From: the human T2T-CHM13v2.0 reference genome, Homo sapiens
Length of the DNA stretch: 64,000 bases
Strand: one strand, 5' to 3'
NCBI RefSeq assembly: GCF_009914755.1
Contig: NC_060928.1
The notes beneath the pieces are model-generated. The model was given only the letters and a program-made list of their open reading frames with translations. It did no database searches and had not been told where the DNA came from. Of the stretch, positions 13,101 through 27,210 are shown one piece after another; the first letter of the stretch is position 1, and every line of letters begins with the position of its first letter. Made by a program: the position numbers and the translations under genes.

Positions 13101-14554
13101 AATCACTCAAACAAGTAGGAATATATTCATTTAAGCAAATGTTAGACTAGCATTTTTAAAATGAAAAAAAAAAAAGTTGTCCTAAAATGTTTTTCCAAGT
13201 TTCATCTGCCACCAGGGACATGAATTCAGGAAATCTTATCCTCAACTTCCTAGTCTGGAGGCACAGCAATGACAGGAGGAGCTTCAAGGTGACGGTCACC
13301 ACCTGTGTTCCACTCTATTAAATCAACATCTCTGAGATGCCTCCAAGCTGGCAAGAGAAGCACATCCACTATTGAGTCCCAGCCTTCCTTGCAACCTGCC
13401 TTAACTGTCCTCACCTCCCCCCACTGCACCTGACACAACAGCTGTTTGGGCAGCTCCCACCAGAGCTGCTGATTTCAAAGCCCTGTACCGTTCAACTATG
13501 CATGTCCATCCCATCCTGTTACACCATGGTCATCTGAGACTTCTAATATGCATTCGTGATCCTAAACACTTGCTCCTCATTCAATTTTTTTGGATTTCAG
13601 AAACCAAACCCCCTGTTAGAAACCTTGTATGTTAGGATAGAGAAAGGTAATTCCCATGTGAATATACAATCATCTATCTCAATTTGTTTTAAAAATCTTA
13701 TTATTTGAAATAACCAGTCACAAAACACTTAAACACCTGTCTTATTGATTACTTTCTGTGTTATAAAGCTGTCTTTTTTCAGATCTTCCACAAAACCAAA
13801 CTTGAACTTCTTGAAGCTGTATTTTTCTTAATGTGGTCTTCTGTACAGTTTGAAAACTTGGAAACTTACTAGAAGTGTTCATCAAAATGTTGCTTTATTT
13901 TTAAGTAGAGGTTTAGAGAGTTCTGTGTATGTTTCTTGTTATTTAATCAACAATTAAAACTTAATGACAAAATGCTTCACATATGAAATCAATAGGGATT
14001 TTCCATGAGCAAAGACTGTAAAATCAGCCTATTATGAAGAGATTTGCATATTTTAATTATTGTGTTCTAGGGCTTTTGTCAAATAGATGCCTCAGTGCAG
14101 TAAGCACCATGTGGTTTGGGTAAAATGTTAACACTCTGCTTTTAGTATACATCAATGTTGTTAGAAGCATAAATATGTTAAAATGGAAATACGTCTGGTT
14201 AGAGTGAAGCCTTCATTTTAATGCATGTGTTTATTATCTTGCTCTCAGAGTTTATTTGGAGAAGAAGAAATTTAGGAAGATTAAAATGTAAATAAACTGC
14301 TTGTAGAGGTCAAGTTAATTAGTAAATACACACAAATGACCATAACATAAGACCTTTGGCAACACTGCCAAAGTAGCCTCAAAACACAAAGCTGATTACT
14401 GAAATAATTTTGACTCTGAAGTGCAGATAACAAGTTAAATGCATAAAAATTCAGGTTTTTATTTCTCTATCTCTGACAACTAGTTATTTTAAAACTCTAA
14501 AGGATAGTAAAGTTTATTCATTTATTTATTTACTCATTTAAATATTATTATAGA

Positions 14555-14695
14555 GAGTTGGACAAGCTACCTAACCTCTCTTTGCTTCTGTTTTCTAGTC
14601 TGTAAAATGGGGCTAAAAGTTGTATCTATTGCACAGGATTGCTGTAATAATTAAATGAATTACTGGATAAAAAATACTTAGAATAGCACCTGTTA
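14555..14695 (+). mobile_element. MIR
   Basis: GGACAAGCTACCTAACCTCTC...TCTGTAAAATGGGG...CTTAGAATAGCACCTG. Confidence 0.75.
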
Positions 14696-15682
14696 CAGAT
14701 GATGATGGTGGTGATAACGATGATGATTATATAAGGGCTTTCAGAATTCAAATATATTTTTTAAAAACCAAAAATTTATATTAAGATTTATAATATCCAT
14801 TAAGTTTATAGATTTCCATTAAGTTTATAAAATAAGCTTCAAACCTACAGTTTTGAAGCTTGAAGGAACAGTCCATTGAAATAATGTCAGAAAGGGCTGC
14901 AATTTTAGAAAATAAAAGCAGCTTTTGCAAGTTACTCACATTTTCAATGAAAAGATTAAATATTCATTGGCTAATTATTTAGTATTTATAAAACACAATA
15001 TTAAAACATGATTTGATTCATGTTTGTGACATTTCTAGAGATATATCTTTTTTCTGAAGAAGAGGTAGAATCAAATATATAATGTCATAATTCCTGACAC
15101 CAATATCACCTATGCAATGCAAGTTTCCATGAAGACATTTGTGGAGGTCTGCATTGAGCAAAGTGGGCTCTGTCCATCAGGAAGCACTTTCTCACTGAGC
15201 TTCAGTGTCATTAAATTACAGCACTCCTAAAAACACATTTTTAAAGCTTTTCACAAGCCCACCAAGTTTCTGATAGCCTGTTCTACTTTATGTTAATCCT
15301 CTGGTTCTAGAATTTTATATGTATATGATTGGGGTGGGGTGGAGGAGACTCCCTTGAGGATCTGAAAAAGCTATGGATCATCTCCCTGAAAATTCACTTA
15401 CACGTATCTTTTACATTCAACTTCAGGGACTTCATGGACCAGAGTTCCATCCATAGAACTCACTATTCTAAATGGCGACTATTTGATTTTACCCTGAAAT
15501 TAAATTTAATATTTCAGTAAAACATCATATGCCCATATGAAATACAGATGAAATTAATTAACACAGATTTAATTTCTATGTAAAGATATCAGATTATATG
15601 GTTATATATATTTAAAAATATTGCTGTGTATCTTTTGAAAGTAAAGAACAATAGCTAAATTTCCAAACAATATACCGTATTA

Positions 15683-16457
15683 GTTTTTAAATTTTTCAAA
15701 TTGACAGATAAAAATTATGCAAACGTTTTGATGTACAAATGATGTTTTGAAATGTGAATATACTATGGAATGGCTAAATTGAGCTAATAATTAACAAATG
15801 TATTACCTCACATACTTATTTTGCTTTGATGAGAACACTTAAAATCTACTCTCAGCAATTTTCAGGTATGTAATACATTGTTATTAACTATAGTCACCAT
15901 GTTGTATAATATATCCCTTGAACTTTTCCTCCCATCAGCTGAAATTTTATACCCTTTGACCAACATCTCCCCAATCCCCTCCTGCCCCTAGCCCTTGATA
16001 ACCACCATCCTACTCTCTGTTTCTATGAGTTCAACTTTTTCAGATTCGACATGTAAGTGAGATCACAAGGTATTTGTCTTTCTGTGCCTGCATTATTTCA
16101 CTTAACATAATGTTTTCCAGGTTCATTTATGTTGCCACAAATGCCGAATTTCCTCCTTTTTATAGGCTGAATAGAATCTCATTGTGTATATAGGCCACAT
16201 TTTCCCTATCCAGTTATCCATTGACAGACACTTAAGTTGATTCCATATTTTGGCTATTGCAAGTAATGCTGAGATGAACATGGAAATGCAGATATCTTTA
16301 TGAGGTGGTGATTTTCTTTCCTTTGGTGTACACTCAGCAGTGGGATTGCTGAATTATGTGGTAGTTTGACTTAATTTTTTGAGGAACCTCCACACTGTTT
16401 TCCACAATGGCTGTTTTCCATAATGCCAAAATTTATATTGCCACCAACTCTGTACCA
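15683..16457 (-). mobile_element. L1M (L1MA-like) 3' end
   Basis: Antisense L1 3' UTR and ORF2 end: TTATTAACTATAGTCACCATGTTG, ATGTAAGTGAGATCA, TTTTTGAGGAACCTCCACACTGTTTTCCA. Confidence 0.9.
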
Positions 16458-19404
16458 TTTTCATGGCTGTTTGTTATTGTTTTCAATTGTGTAAAGAACA
16501 GAGCAGGAAGCATGTCAAGAGAGTCTATTCATTACTAAGGAAGGCAAAGGGTAAACTACAGTATGATTATATTGATCCCATCAGCTACATAATAGTATTT
16601 GAATAAGATATCCTTCATTTAAAAATATGTAAGTGTTTAAAAGTATAACATTTAGTAAACATGGTAAAGGTTTCAGCAATCTTCTGGTGAATAGGTACTC
16701 TTGACATCTCACATCTGTTCCAACAGAGTACTAAAGAGCCAGGAACGCCCAGGTAAGAGCTGAAAACAAAATTCATTTAGATAGCACTACATAAAATTTA
16801 TATAATCTTCCTATTAAACAAAACTGCGATGACAGACATTTAACATTCCCTCACTTTATGGGTAAGTGACTGAGGTCACATCACAAGACCATTAGAATTA
16901 GAGGCAGATATAGAGCCCTGGTGTCTACCCCAGCAGGTGTTAGGATAAATTACACTTGCAGCCTGAGAACTTTTGATGCTACAATATAAGGGGAAAAAAG
17001 GTTTCCTATTAACCTTTCAAGTTTCAAGCTGCTTTTCTGAGAACAATAGAGGTCATAGCACACACACACACAAAGAATCAGCTTTGCTTTATCAAAATCC
17101 TTTTTGTTCCCACTTCACTGCTCATTATTCTTCCAATCTTTTTACCGAGGCATCAGAAATATTTTAAACTAGGATTAGCCTAGTTACTTTAGTTACATGC
17201 AACCCTTAGAACTATAATGTATTAGCCATATATGACATTAACCTCAGTAATATAGTGTCAGAGAGAGAAGCCTCCCACCCCATCCATGTCCACAAACACA
17301 TTAAAGGAAATTTTAAATTAAATTAACCCAACCAGGATCTCCACCAGCATCCTGATGATATAATATCAAAGACTCTGATGCTTTGCTCCCATACCCACCT
17401 GCCAAAAATCTACAAAGGAGAAAAAAGAGAAGACAATGAAAAAAGAGAAAAACTGAAGACAAAAAGTTTGGACCCATACCAAATGATGAACACATAACAA
17501 TTTAATAGATTATCACACCTCAACCCTCAGGAGCAAACAACAAGCACTTTTGTGATTCATGAGAAAAATGCAAAGACTTTTATTTCATTTTACAAGCTTG
17601 CCTGACTTATCTGTGCTTTTCTCTTTCTTCTTCCCATACTCCAAGTGATTTCAAATCTAGGAGGTAATTTTTAAATTGATTTGTAGATGTAGCAAGTGCA
17701 GTATTTTATCTTTGTATAGATCAAGAACTATAACGAGGTATTTCAGATTTCTGGGGCATCTTGAAAACATTAGAAATGATTAATGTGAAAAAATGCTACC
17801 AACTATAAAGCATTCTTTATCATTAGAAATAAATGATAAACCTAAAGGCAAACTTTATGAGAGAGGCACAACACGTATGCCCATATGTGCATTTCCCTGG
17901 CTGGCTTTTAATAATAGCTAAAATATTGATAATAGCATCATGATTTCCAGTGTGCAAGTTGAAAGGTAAAGAATAAACTGATGTTTAAACTTAAAATATT
18001 TATGAAGCCCATATTACTTATACCTTTAAAACACACACCAACTTCAAAAAAAAAAAAAAAAAAGATTGGGCTCCAGAAACTCTTTCAAAGGTCCTTTCAC
18101 AACTCTCTTTGAGGCCTGCTTCATGAAAAAAATGCTGTTGTCCAAAATTTTTCAGCTTGGAGAATACAATGTTGTTATTGTCTTCCATTTCAGAGGTAGG
18201 AAAGCATACATTAGTTTTCTTGGCTCTAGGTTTCCATGACTGAGCAAGGATATGGCTTTGTTCCAGATAGCAGTTTTCAAGGAATTTTGCTTACAAGGAA
18301 GTGCTAAACCAGGCACTTTAATTAACATTCATATTTACTTTGTTGCTAAATGAAGGTAAAGATTCTGTTGGCATAGATGAACTCTCACTCCCATAAATCT
18401 AAAATCCCTCTAGAGGATTCTGCTCTGGGAAGAGAGTAAGATGCATTAACACTCCATTAATATCTTCCTTGGAAACATTCTTTCTAACATTTATCTCTTC
18501 ATCATTTCCTGAATCTGTAATGAAATGCTTGTGCTGGCATCTAACAAAAGGATCATGTCCAGGGCCTAACGAAGTGTTAGACACCAAGGTAAGACGCAAG
18601 CCGGCTGCACTGGCTCCTAGTGTCGGATACACAATGGTACTTTCTAGACTATATTTAGCTCCAAAGTGATGGTCAGTAGCCCTAGGACTTAAGGCACAGT
18701 CTGAAAGAACTTCAAGTTCCAGGGCTGCCAGAACAAGTTAATCAGAGTTCTATTTTCTAGGTCCTAAGCCAGACACTGAGGTAATTTCCATCTGGACATC
18801 CTTTTCTAAAGGGAGAGACTTCCTGAAAGTGACATTCTGGAATCACATAATTTCAGGGCAGAAGAGCTCTCCGAGGTCACGTATAGCAGTTTCCTGTCCA
18901 TTGCTTGAAATGCTACCACAATATTCCTGCCAAGTGGCTCCCATTCAGAGATGAGGAACTCACCACCTTGTGAGGAAACTCATTCCTTATTCAACAGCTC
19001 AAACTATTACAAAGTTCCTGTTTTAGTAGAGATTAAATCTTTCTCCTGGGGAATCCCATCTCTTGATCCTGATTCTGGCCTCCAGGGCCCCCAGAACAAG
19101 ATGAGTCAGTGGAAAAGTTTCACTAGCATAACTTGGTTTGTTTTTTGAAATTCAAAGATGTGTAGAAAAGAAAGTGTTGTGAGCAGTCAAGAATATTGTT
19201 AAGGTTGAAGAAAGGCATTTTTGAAGGCTTAAAAAAAGTATGGCTAGCTTTGCTTTTTCCCTAATTATGTATTTCATAATCATAGCTTTACTTCCCCTAA
19301 AATTATTCATAAGGCAGTCAAGGATAAGGAAATACTTGTTTATGATAGTTTTACTTGGATTAGGTAAATTGAGTCCTTGGGATACACCTAATCTCTGGGA
19401 TAAT

Positions 19405-19640
19405 AATAATCATCATTTTCATACATTGAGCACTTATCCTTATAAACAACATTGTGTTCAGTGCTCTATGCAATAGCTGAAGCATTACTGTCCTCATGGT
19501 ACAAAGGAGAAAACTAAGACTCAGGAAGAGTAAATAACTTCTCTATAGATAATCAGTCAGTAGATGAGCCACAGGTTCAAATTCAGATCTGTCTGATTCC
19601 TAAGCTAAATTTATTCTGCTATTCAAACCTTCCTGTCTAT
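19405..19640 (-). mobile_element. MIR
   Basis: GGAGAAAACTAAGACTCAGG...TTCAAATTCAGATCTGTCTGATTCC (antisense MIR core). Confidence 0.65.
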
Positions 19641-19702
19641 TTTTTGGAAAGAATTTCTATAGCACTATCAATCCTCTTTAAAATTAGAAGGTACTACGAG
19701 TC

Positions 19703-20140
19703 TGTTAAGGATGGAATATTGGGGCCTTCCCCATTCAAATGCTAAATCCCTAACCCCCAGTGTGGCTGTATTTGGAGATAGGGCTTCTAAGGCAATAATT
19801 ATGGTTAAATGAGGTCATAAGGGTGTGGCCCTGATCTAACAGGATTAGTGTCCTTATAAGAGTGTGCTCTCTCTCCCTCTCCCTTTCCCTGTCCCACTTC
19901 CTCCTCCATCTCCCTCTCTGCCTTTCTTCCTCTCTCTCCCTCTCTCCATCACCAGAGCACACAGCAAGAAGCCAGACATCTGTAAGCCAGGAAGACAGGC
20001 CTCCTCAGAGACCCCACAGGACCTAGATCTGGACGACTTCCAGCCTCCAGAACTGTGAGAAAATAAATTTCTGTTGTTTAAGCCACCCAGTCATAATACA
20101 TAAATAAGTATTCCGTTGTGGCAGCGTGGGCAAACTAATT
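19703..20140 (+). mobile_element. MaLR solo LTR (MLT1A-like) with an internal CT-rich tract (19866-19950)
   Basis: GTATTTGGAGATAGGGC, GAGGTCATAAGGGTG, CCAGCCTCCAGAACTGTGAGAAAATAAATTTCTGTTGTTTAAGCCACCCAGT. Confidence 0.88.
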
Positions 20141-21316
20141 TAAAATCTTTCTATCATTTGCTAAAACCTACCAAATATATGAGAAAAGAATGGCAATGAG
20201 GCATCTCTCTTGCCAGGACCTTTTGTCATTCTTCCGACCTTCCAGCTGGGAATGAATGAGATGAAAGAGAAGCACGTGGAAATCTCCTTCCCATGGACCA
20301 CGTGCTGACTGCTGTGCTTTAGAGAAACGACTCCAATTCTTGGTCGACTCTCTTCTTGGTAAATTGAGAGATCTCAATTCTAACACTCTAATATCCTATC
20401 TGCATGAAAACAAAACTTCTTCTAATCTTTCTTTCTCATCTTTTTTTGCATATATTTTTCCATTTTTCTCTTTTTCTCAGATATTTGTATTCTCTGGATT
20501 TTTAATGTAAACAAATTAGAAGAAAAATTATATAAATGACAGTAATGTTTCAGAAAAGAGATCTCTAGCTTTAAAGTTAATTTTGCTTGTGACCTCATCA
20601 ATTACATTATTGTATGCTTCCTATAAAAGCATCCCAACACAACTTTTTTTTAAAGCATCTCGAGAATCTAAGAATGTTCTAGCAGTTTCAGGAATTCTTG
20701 AAAATCCAAAAAGGTCACTGAAGACATTGGAAGCCCTTCTGCGATTGCCTTTCAAGTGGTCCCCTTTCATAGCCTGACAAATGGGACAGGATCACTACAA
20801 AAAGAGACAATAAAATGTAGATTTCCCCACCTGGGGATAATTCTGAGTCCCTCTAAACAAATGTGAGAAGAATAAACATTTACATAATGTTTGCCTTCCA
20901 GATGTAAATAATCTGCTCCCAGGAGTTCATTTGATTAGAGAATGTTTCTGAGGAGGTCCAAGGTCATGCATTCGACATCAGCAAATGCTTTGCTCTCTTC
21001 TGTGACCGAAAACTGGACTAAAAACTGTATTCATCTAACTCACAAATTCAAACTATTGATGGTCTATAGCAAGTGGTATGAGAAAATAAATAACGAGCTA
21101 ATGTAATTTGATCATTGTTACAGGGAACAACCCTTAGGGGTATGATTTGGGGTAATCATTGTTATTATTTTTCTATAAAAGAAGGCAAATGATTTAAATT
21201 ATTTTCAAAATATTAATACTTGAAAGAAGGGAGAATCTACAGAAATTATTGTCATGCGATTATACCTTTTTTTAATAGTGACACAGTCGTGTTTTGTGTG
21301 TGTGTATTCTCTTGCT

Positions 21317-21320
<4 letters not shown>

Positions 21321-21349
<29 letters not shown>
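21321..21349. repeat. (AC)n microsatellite, about 14 units
   Basis: Direct reading. Confidence 0.95.
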
Positions 21350-21351
<2 letters not shown>

Positions 21352-21504
21352 ATTAACTTTTCCATCTTTTCTTCTTCTCAAAGACTTCTCCAGGTTTCTT
21401 TACGTGTATTTAAATTAAGTAGATTCAGAAATAATTCATTAAGCATTTTAAGATGGATGTTCAGTCATTTGGCCTTTGCTAGTCTAACATGATTAAAAAC
21501 ATAG

Positions 21505-21712
21505 ATAATGGAGCCACACTGCCTGATTGCAAATCCTAGCTGACACTTACCTATAAAACCTATGGCAAGTTATTTGACTGCCCTCTGCTTCAGTTTCCTC
21601 ATTTGTAAGATTGCCTCATAGGGTTGGCACGAGAATTAAATTAGTTAATAAATGCAAAATGCTAAAAACAGTAGCTGGCACATTATAAAAGCTACAGAAC
21701 TTGGTATTATTA
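21505..21712 (+). mobile_element. MIR
   Basis: TGGAGCC...CAAATCCTAGC...GGCAAGTTATTTGAC...CTTCAGTTTCCTCATTTGTAA. Confidence 0.8.
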
Positions 21713-23109
21713 ATTCATACTTACGTAGCATATTGTAGCTTCAAAATGAAGCTAATAGACAGTTTTGAAAAATTATTTTTTTCTCAGTCCTCTGTGATTG
21801 GTGGCTTCATTTGATTGTAGTGTTATAATGTGATAATGCAGGCTGCAATGGAGAAATGTGGTAATTTTGCTAAAATCAGCTTTCCCCTTGCCCAAGGTAT
21901 AAGGATGTGATGTCTTCTCTCATACTATAGCAATGAAAGTACATCAACCTTAGAAAAATGGTTTAAGGGAAAAATAAAATTAAATTAAATTAAAATAAAA
22001 ACCCTTTCCTCATTCTTCCTACTTAAAATTACATATTGTTAAGCAGCCCCTAAAGCAAGCAAGCTTTTCCAACTTCTTGAAAAAACACCTATGAAGGCAC
22101 CCTCCAAAAGGAGATAAGTCACAATAATGAAAAGTGAGAGTAAGGGAAACCCGTGACAAGAACATGGAAGAATTTCCCACTAATTACAAGGCCAATGAAA
22201 CTAATCGAAAAACACAATAAGAGATCATAATTGCAATGTCAACTCTAAAGTGGGACTACAGAGCCGATGTTCCGATGCTCCTCCCCTACCATCTCTTTTT
22301 GATTCATACATACAGGGACTACAACAAATATACAACTGGTCAGCCACCCCTCTCTTGGATGCTCCTCATGCCCTATCCAGTTCTTTCCTCACTAACTCTC
22401 CTTCCAAGGAGACTGAGCTAGAAGGAAACAACTGGACAACAAGTTTGGGAAGAGAAGGCTGGGAACACGTGGTGGTGCTCTGGATCCTGTAACTGAGAGT
22501 AGACCCAGGAAGCTTTCAGAAAGCAACGCACTCCACCTTGCATTTTTTCATGATTTCATATTCAGAGTATCAGAGAAACGTGGGGTGGGGGAATCAAACA
22601 CAAGAGAAGACACCATTTCACTCCAGCTAAGCTACACTGGATAAAAGCCTATTAGATGTGAAAAACTGGGCTAAGAGATACATGTGTCAAACTTCCAGGA
22701 AACTGTAGCTTTGAGAATGGAATCGTACCAAAGGGGTCCCAAGAATGGGGACAACGGCAAGCCACTGGCAATCATCATCTATAGATCTATCTCTTATCTC
22801 AAGATTGAGTAAAGAAAAATCAAGTGTGTAAAAGGAAAAGAGTACTACAAACAAAGTAAGGAGACCGTCAATCAGAAGAATGAGGAAACATCTAAACATT
22901 ATCTGCCATGGAAATCCTCCATAGAATGCAAAACAGCAGGCCTTTCATGAAAAGGGAATCCAGAAGAAGAAAACAGAGTATGATTAAAAGACCATGGGAT
23001 AAAGTAAATAGTAATAATGTTAAATATGTGAAGATTCTGTGTGTGTCGGTGGGGGTAGGGGGCAGGGGAAGTAATTTAGTTAATAAACATCATACAGTTT
23101 TTTAAATTA

Positions 23110-24110
<1,001 letters not shown>

Positions 24111-24114
24111 AATA

Positions 24115-24520
24115 ACTAACAAAGCCGAGATAGAAATAAATGAGGAGAAGCAATAAAGAGTAAAATATATGTTTAAGAAAATATAATCAGTGATATGAAA
24201 GAAAAGTATGATATGTCCTCTAAAAATGCAGAACCAATCAAGCAGATGAAAAATAAATGAGAGAAGATAATATGTTTGTAGACCAAAGAATGCAGAGCCA
24301 GCCTATTATTTTGGTATTTATTCCAAAGTAATTGGAATGAAAACAATAATAGAAGACATAATCAAAGAATAACTTTCCTAGACTGAAAAAAATCATGGAT
24401 ATACAAATGAGATGGGCTCATCACATTTTAAGCAAAATTTAAGAGACCAATGCCCAGAAACATATTGACAAATATTTTAATCACAAGAATAAGGAAAATA
24501 TTTACAAAACATTCAGATTG
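24115..24520 (+). mobile_element. Degenerate L1-type ORF1 remnant (HAL1/L1ME-like)
   Basis: A-rich; ORF1-like segments AAGAATAACTTTCCTAGACTGAA and CCCAGAAACATATTGAC...AAGGAAAATATTTAC. Confidence 0.5.
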
Positions 24521-26520
24521 AGGAAGGAAGGAGGGAAGAAGGGAGGGAAGGAGAGGGTGAAAGGGAGGAAAGACAAATAGGTGGCAAACATATATCCACA
24601 CTCCTATGCAATCCCATTGTGGGGATCATTGCCTCTTTCTGGAACGTAAACAATGCAACTTTGGCAGGAGCAGGTGAGAGATTGAGGTTGTAAAATAAGA
24701 CAGTAGGTTGGTCAGCATCTAAGAGAAAGTATGAATGGATATAATGGAAACATTTTATGTAATGAAGTTTTTACAGGCCTGAAACTGCCTGATCACTGAT
24801 GTAATTTCTTCTTGAAGAAAATATGCAGTGGATGGATGCAATAAGAACTGATCAGTTACACAGAAGAGGCTAAATATTCTAAAGCTTGCAATTTCATTAT
24901 TATATCATAATCCATATCTCCTCTCTATATAGGCCTGTGGATTTTATAGCTAACTAGCAAACTTGGGGACACTCATCAAAACTGACATTCAGAAGTACAG
25001 AGTGGCATCTTTTCACCTGCTGTTTCACATAAGGAGGGAAAATGATCATCTAAAATAAGACTTTGAGAATGGCTTTACTTTATGAGGTCTGAAATTATTT
25101 TAGATCTGTGGCATAAAGCCTATCACTCTTCTGGTCTATAGTCATGTTACTTTTAAGGGAAGATGGCAAATTGCTTCAGCATTTTCCTGCAAGGTTGCTA
25201 ATACATACCAGATCACTATTCCGAAGCAAACAGCTTCCTAGAATAGTACACAGAAAGCAGGATTTTAAATAAGCCACAAACCATGCTTCTTGGTTTTGTT
25301 TACACTGGTTCCACACATTGGGAAAACAATTAGTTTCGCAGTAAATTCAGTGATGAAATAAATTATGTATTTGCCTGTCAGGTTAGGAAAAATACGTTCT
25401 TGTGGGAAATCAAGAAGGACAATGCACAAGAGAGGAGGGAATTTGTGCTATTTGACCAGGGTGACAAATTCAAGCAGCTGAGGCCAGGAACCCCAAACTC
25501 ATTTTCATACCCTTGTGTGCCATACAGATTTGGTACTTGTCGCCCACAAGAGAGGGTGAAACACAGGGAGCTTGGCAGCTGCTCAAAAGATTGAGGGCTT
25601 AGCAGCCCACTGTTTCCAGCCACGTTCCCTGAAAGCCTTTCACCTCGGCCAACCACCATCAGCTTTGAGGACTCTCCTGTTTTCCATAAGGAGTGCATCC
25701 GGCCTTAAGAGGAGCTATACATTTTAGGTTAATAGACCCAATATTTATTGCCCCGAAAATAGTGATTATAGTTGAAATCCTTTATTGAATGCTGATAGTG
25801 ATAAGAACTGTGAGAAGCACTTATATATATAGCAATACTCTGTTTTTTAAAATTTATGTCACAAATTATTGAATCTCTAAGTAAGACAGCACAGAAAAGG
25901 CATCTAAGTACCTCATAAATGTGAGTTTCTATTTTACAAAGTGTATGAAAGCACTGTGGAGAAACACAAGATTCAATCTCTATGCTAGAGGAATTTACAC
26001 ACTGATACCAGAGATAAGAGCCATCTAAATTACTGTAATCAAAGTAAAATGTGGCAACTTCTCTAAAAGAAATAAAATTAAGTGCAACAGGGATAGTGGT
26101 CAAAGGGAAATTAATTCCAACAAGAAGTGTCAGAGAGATCTTCCTAAGTTAAATAGCCATTTGAGCTGAGTCTTGAAGGGCAGGTAGCATTAGAAATAGA
26201 GAGCAACAGCCAAGAGAAATAAAGAATCTGCTTGGGACACAGCAGTGATTCCATTTGGCTAGAATACAGGGTATGTGGAGGAGCAGTGGCAGCCAATCCT
26301 GGAAAGGCAGAGGCAACCCAGTAATGGATGACCATATATGTTAAGCTAAGAGTGATTAAGGTGTCACTAAGGAAAAAAGATCTCGGCATTAAAGAGATTA
26401 ATCCAGTAATTGTGTGTAGTAAAGTGGTGAAAGAAAAAAGGCAGAGAATTGGGAGTGGGGGGCTGCAACAGTCTAGATAAAAGTGATGAACTGACTACAG
26501 TTATCAGCGGGAACAGGCAG

Positions 26521-27210
26521 TGTTATAGGCTGAGTTGTGCCCCTCCCCAACTCGTATGTTGAAGTTCTAACCCTCAGTACCTCAAAATGTCAGTTTTTAA
26601 AGATAAGGCCTTTAAAAAGGTAATTAAGTTAAAGTGATGTCATGAGGGTGGGCTTTAATCCAACTGGAGTGGTGTCCTTTTAAGAAAAGAGAAGGTGGGC
26701 CTGGCGCAGTGGCTCGCGCCTATAATCCCAGCACTTTGGGAGGTCGAGGCGGCAGATCACGAGGTCAGGAGATCGAGACCATCCTGGCTAACACGGTGAA
26801 ACCCTGTCTCTATTAAAATTACAAAAAAATTAGCCAGGTGTGGTCAGGGGCACCTGTAGTACCAGCTACTCAGAAGGCTGAGGCAGGAGAATGGCATGAA
26901 CCTGGGATCCAGAGCTTGCAGGGAGCTGAGATCATGCCACTGCACTCCAACCTGGGCAACAGAGCGAGACTCTGTCTCAAAATTAAAAAAAAAAAAGAAA
27001 AGGGAAGGTGGACACAGACACATACAGAAGGAGGCTCATGTGAAGACACAGAGAGAGCATGGCCATCCGCAAGCCAACGAAAAAGATATCAGAAGAAACC
27101 AACCCTGCTGACATCCTGATCTTGGACTTCTAGCCTCCAGACTGGTGAGAAAATACATTTCTATATCGTTGTGTAATACTTTGTTATGGCAGCCCTTGCA
27201 AACTAGTAAG
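26521..27210 (+). mobile_element. MaLR solo LTR (MLT1B-like) interrupted by AluY
   Basis: TGTTATAGGCTGAGTTGTG start; CATGTGAAGACACAG; CTTCTAGCCTCCAGA; TSD GGCAG (26516-26520 / 27211-27215). Confidence 0.88.
26698..26994 (+). mobile_element. AluY
   Basis: GAGATCGAGACCATCCTGGCTAACACGG, GAATGGCATGAACC, GAGCTTGCA; TSD AAGAAAAG(A/G)GAAGGTG (26682-26697 / 26995-27010). Confidence 0.95.

Noticed and set aside
14796-14829. Short duplication TCCATTAAGTTTATA x2, and similar ones near 45574-45606, 48579-48610 and 48903-48926
   Set aside because: Ordinary slippage micro-duplications with no higher-order structure.
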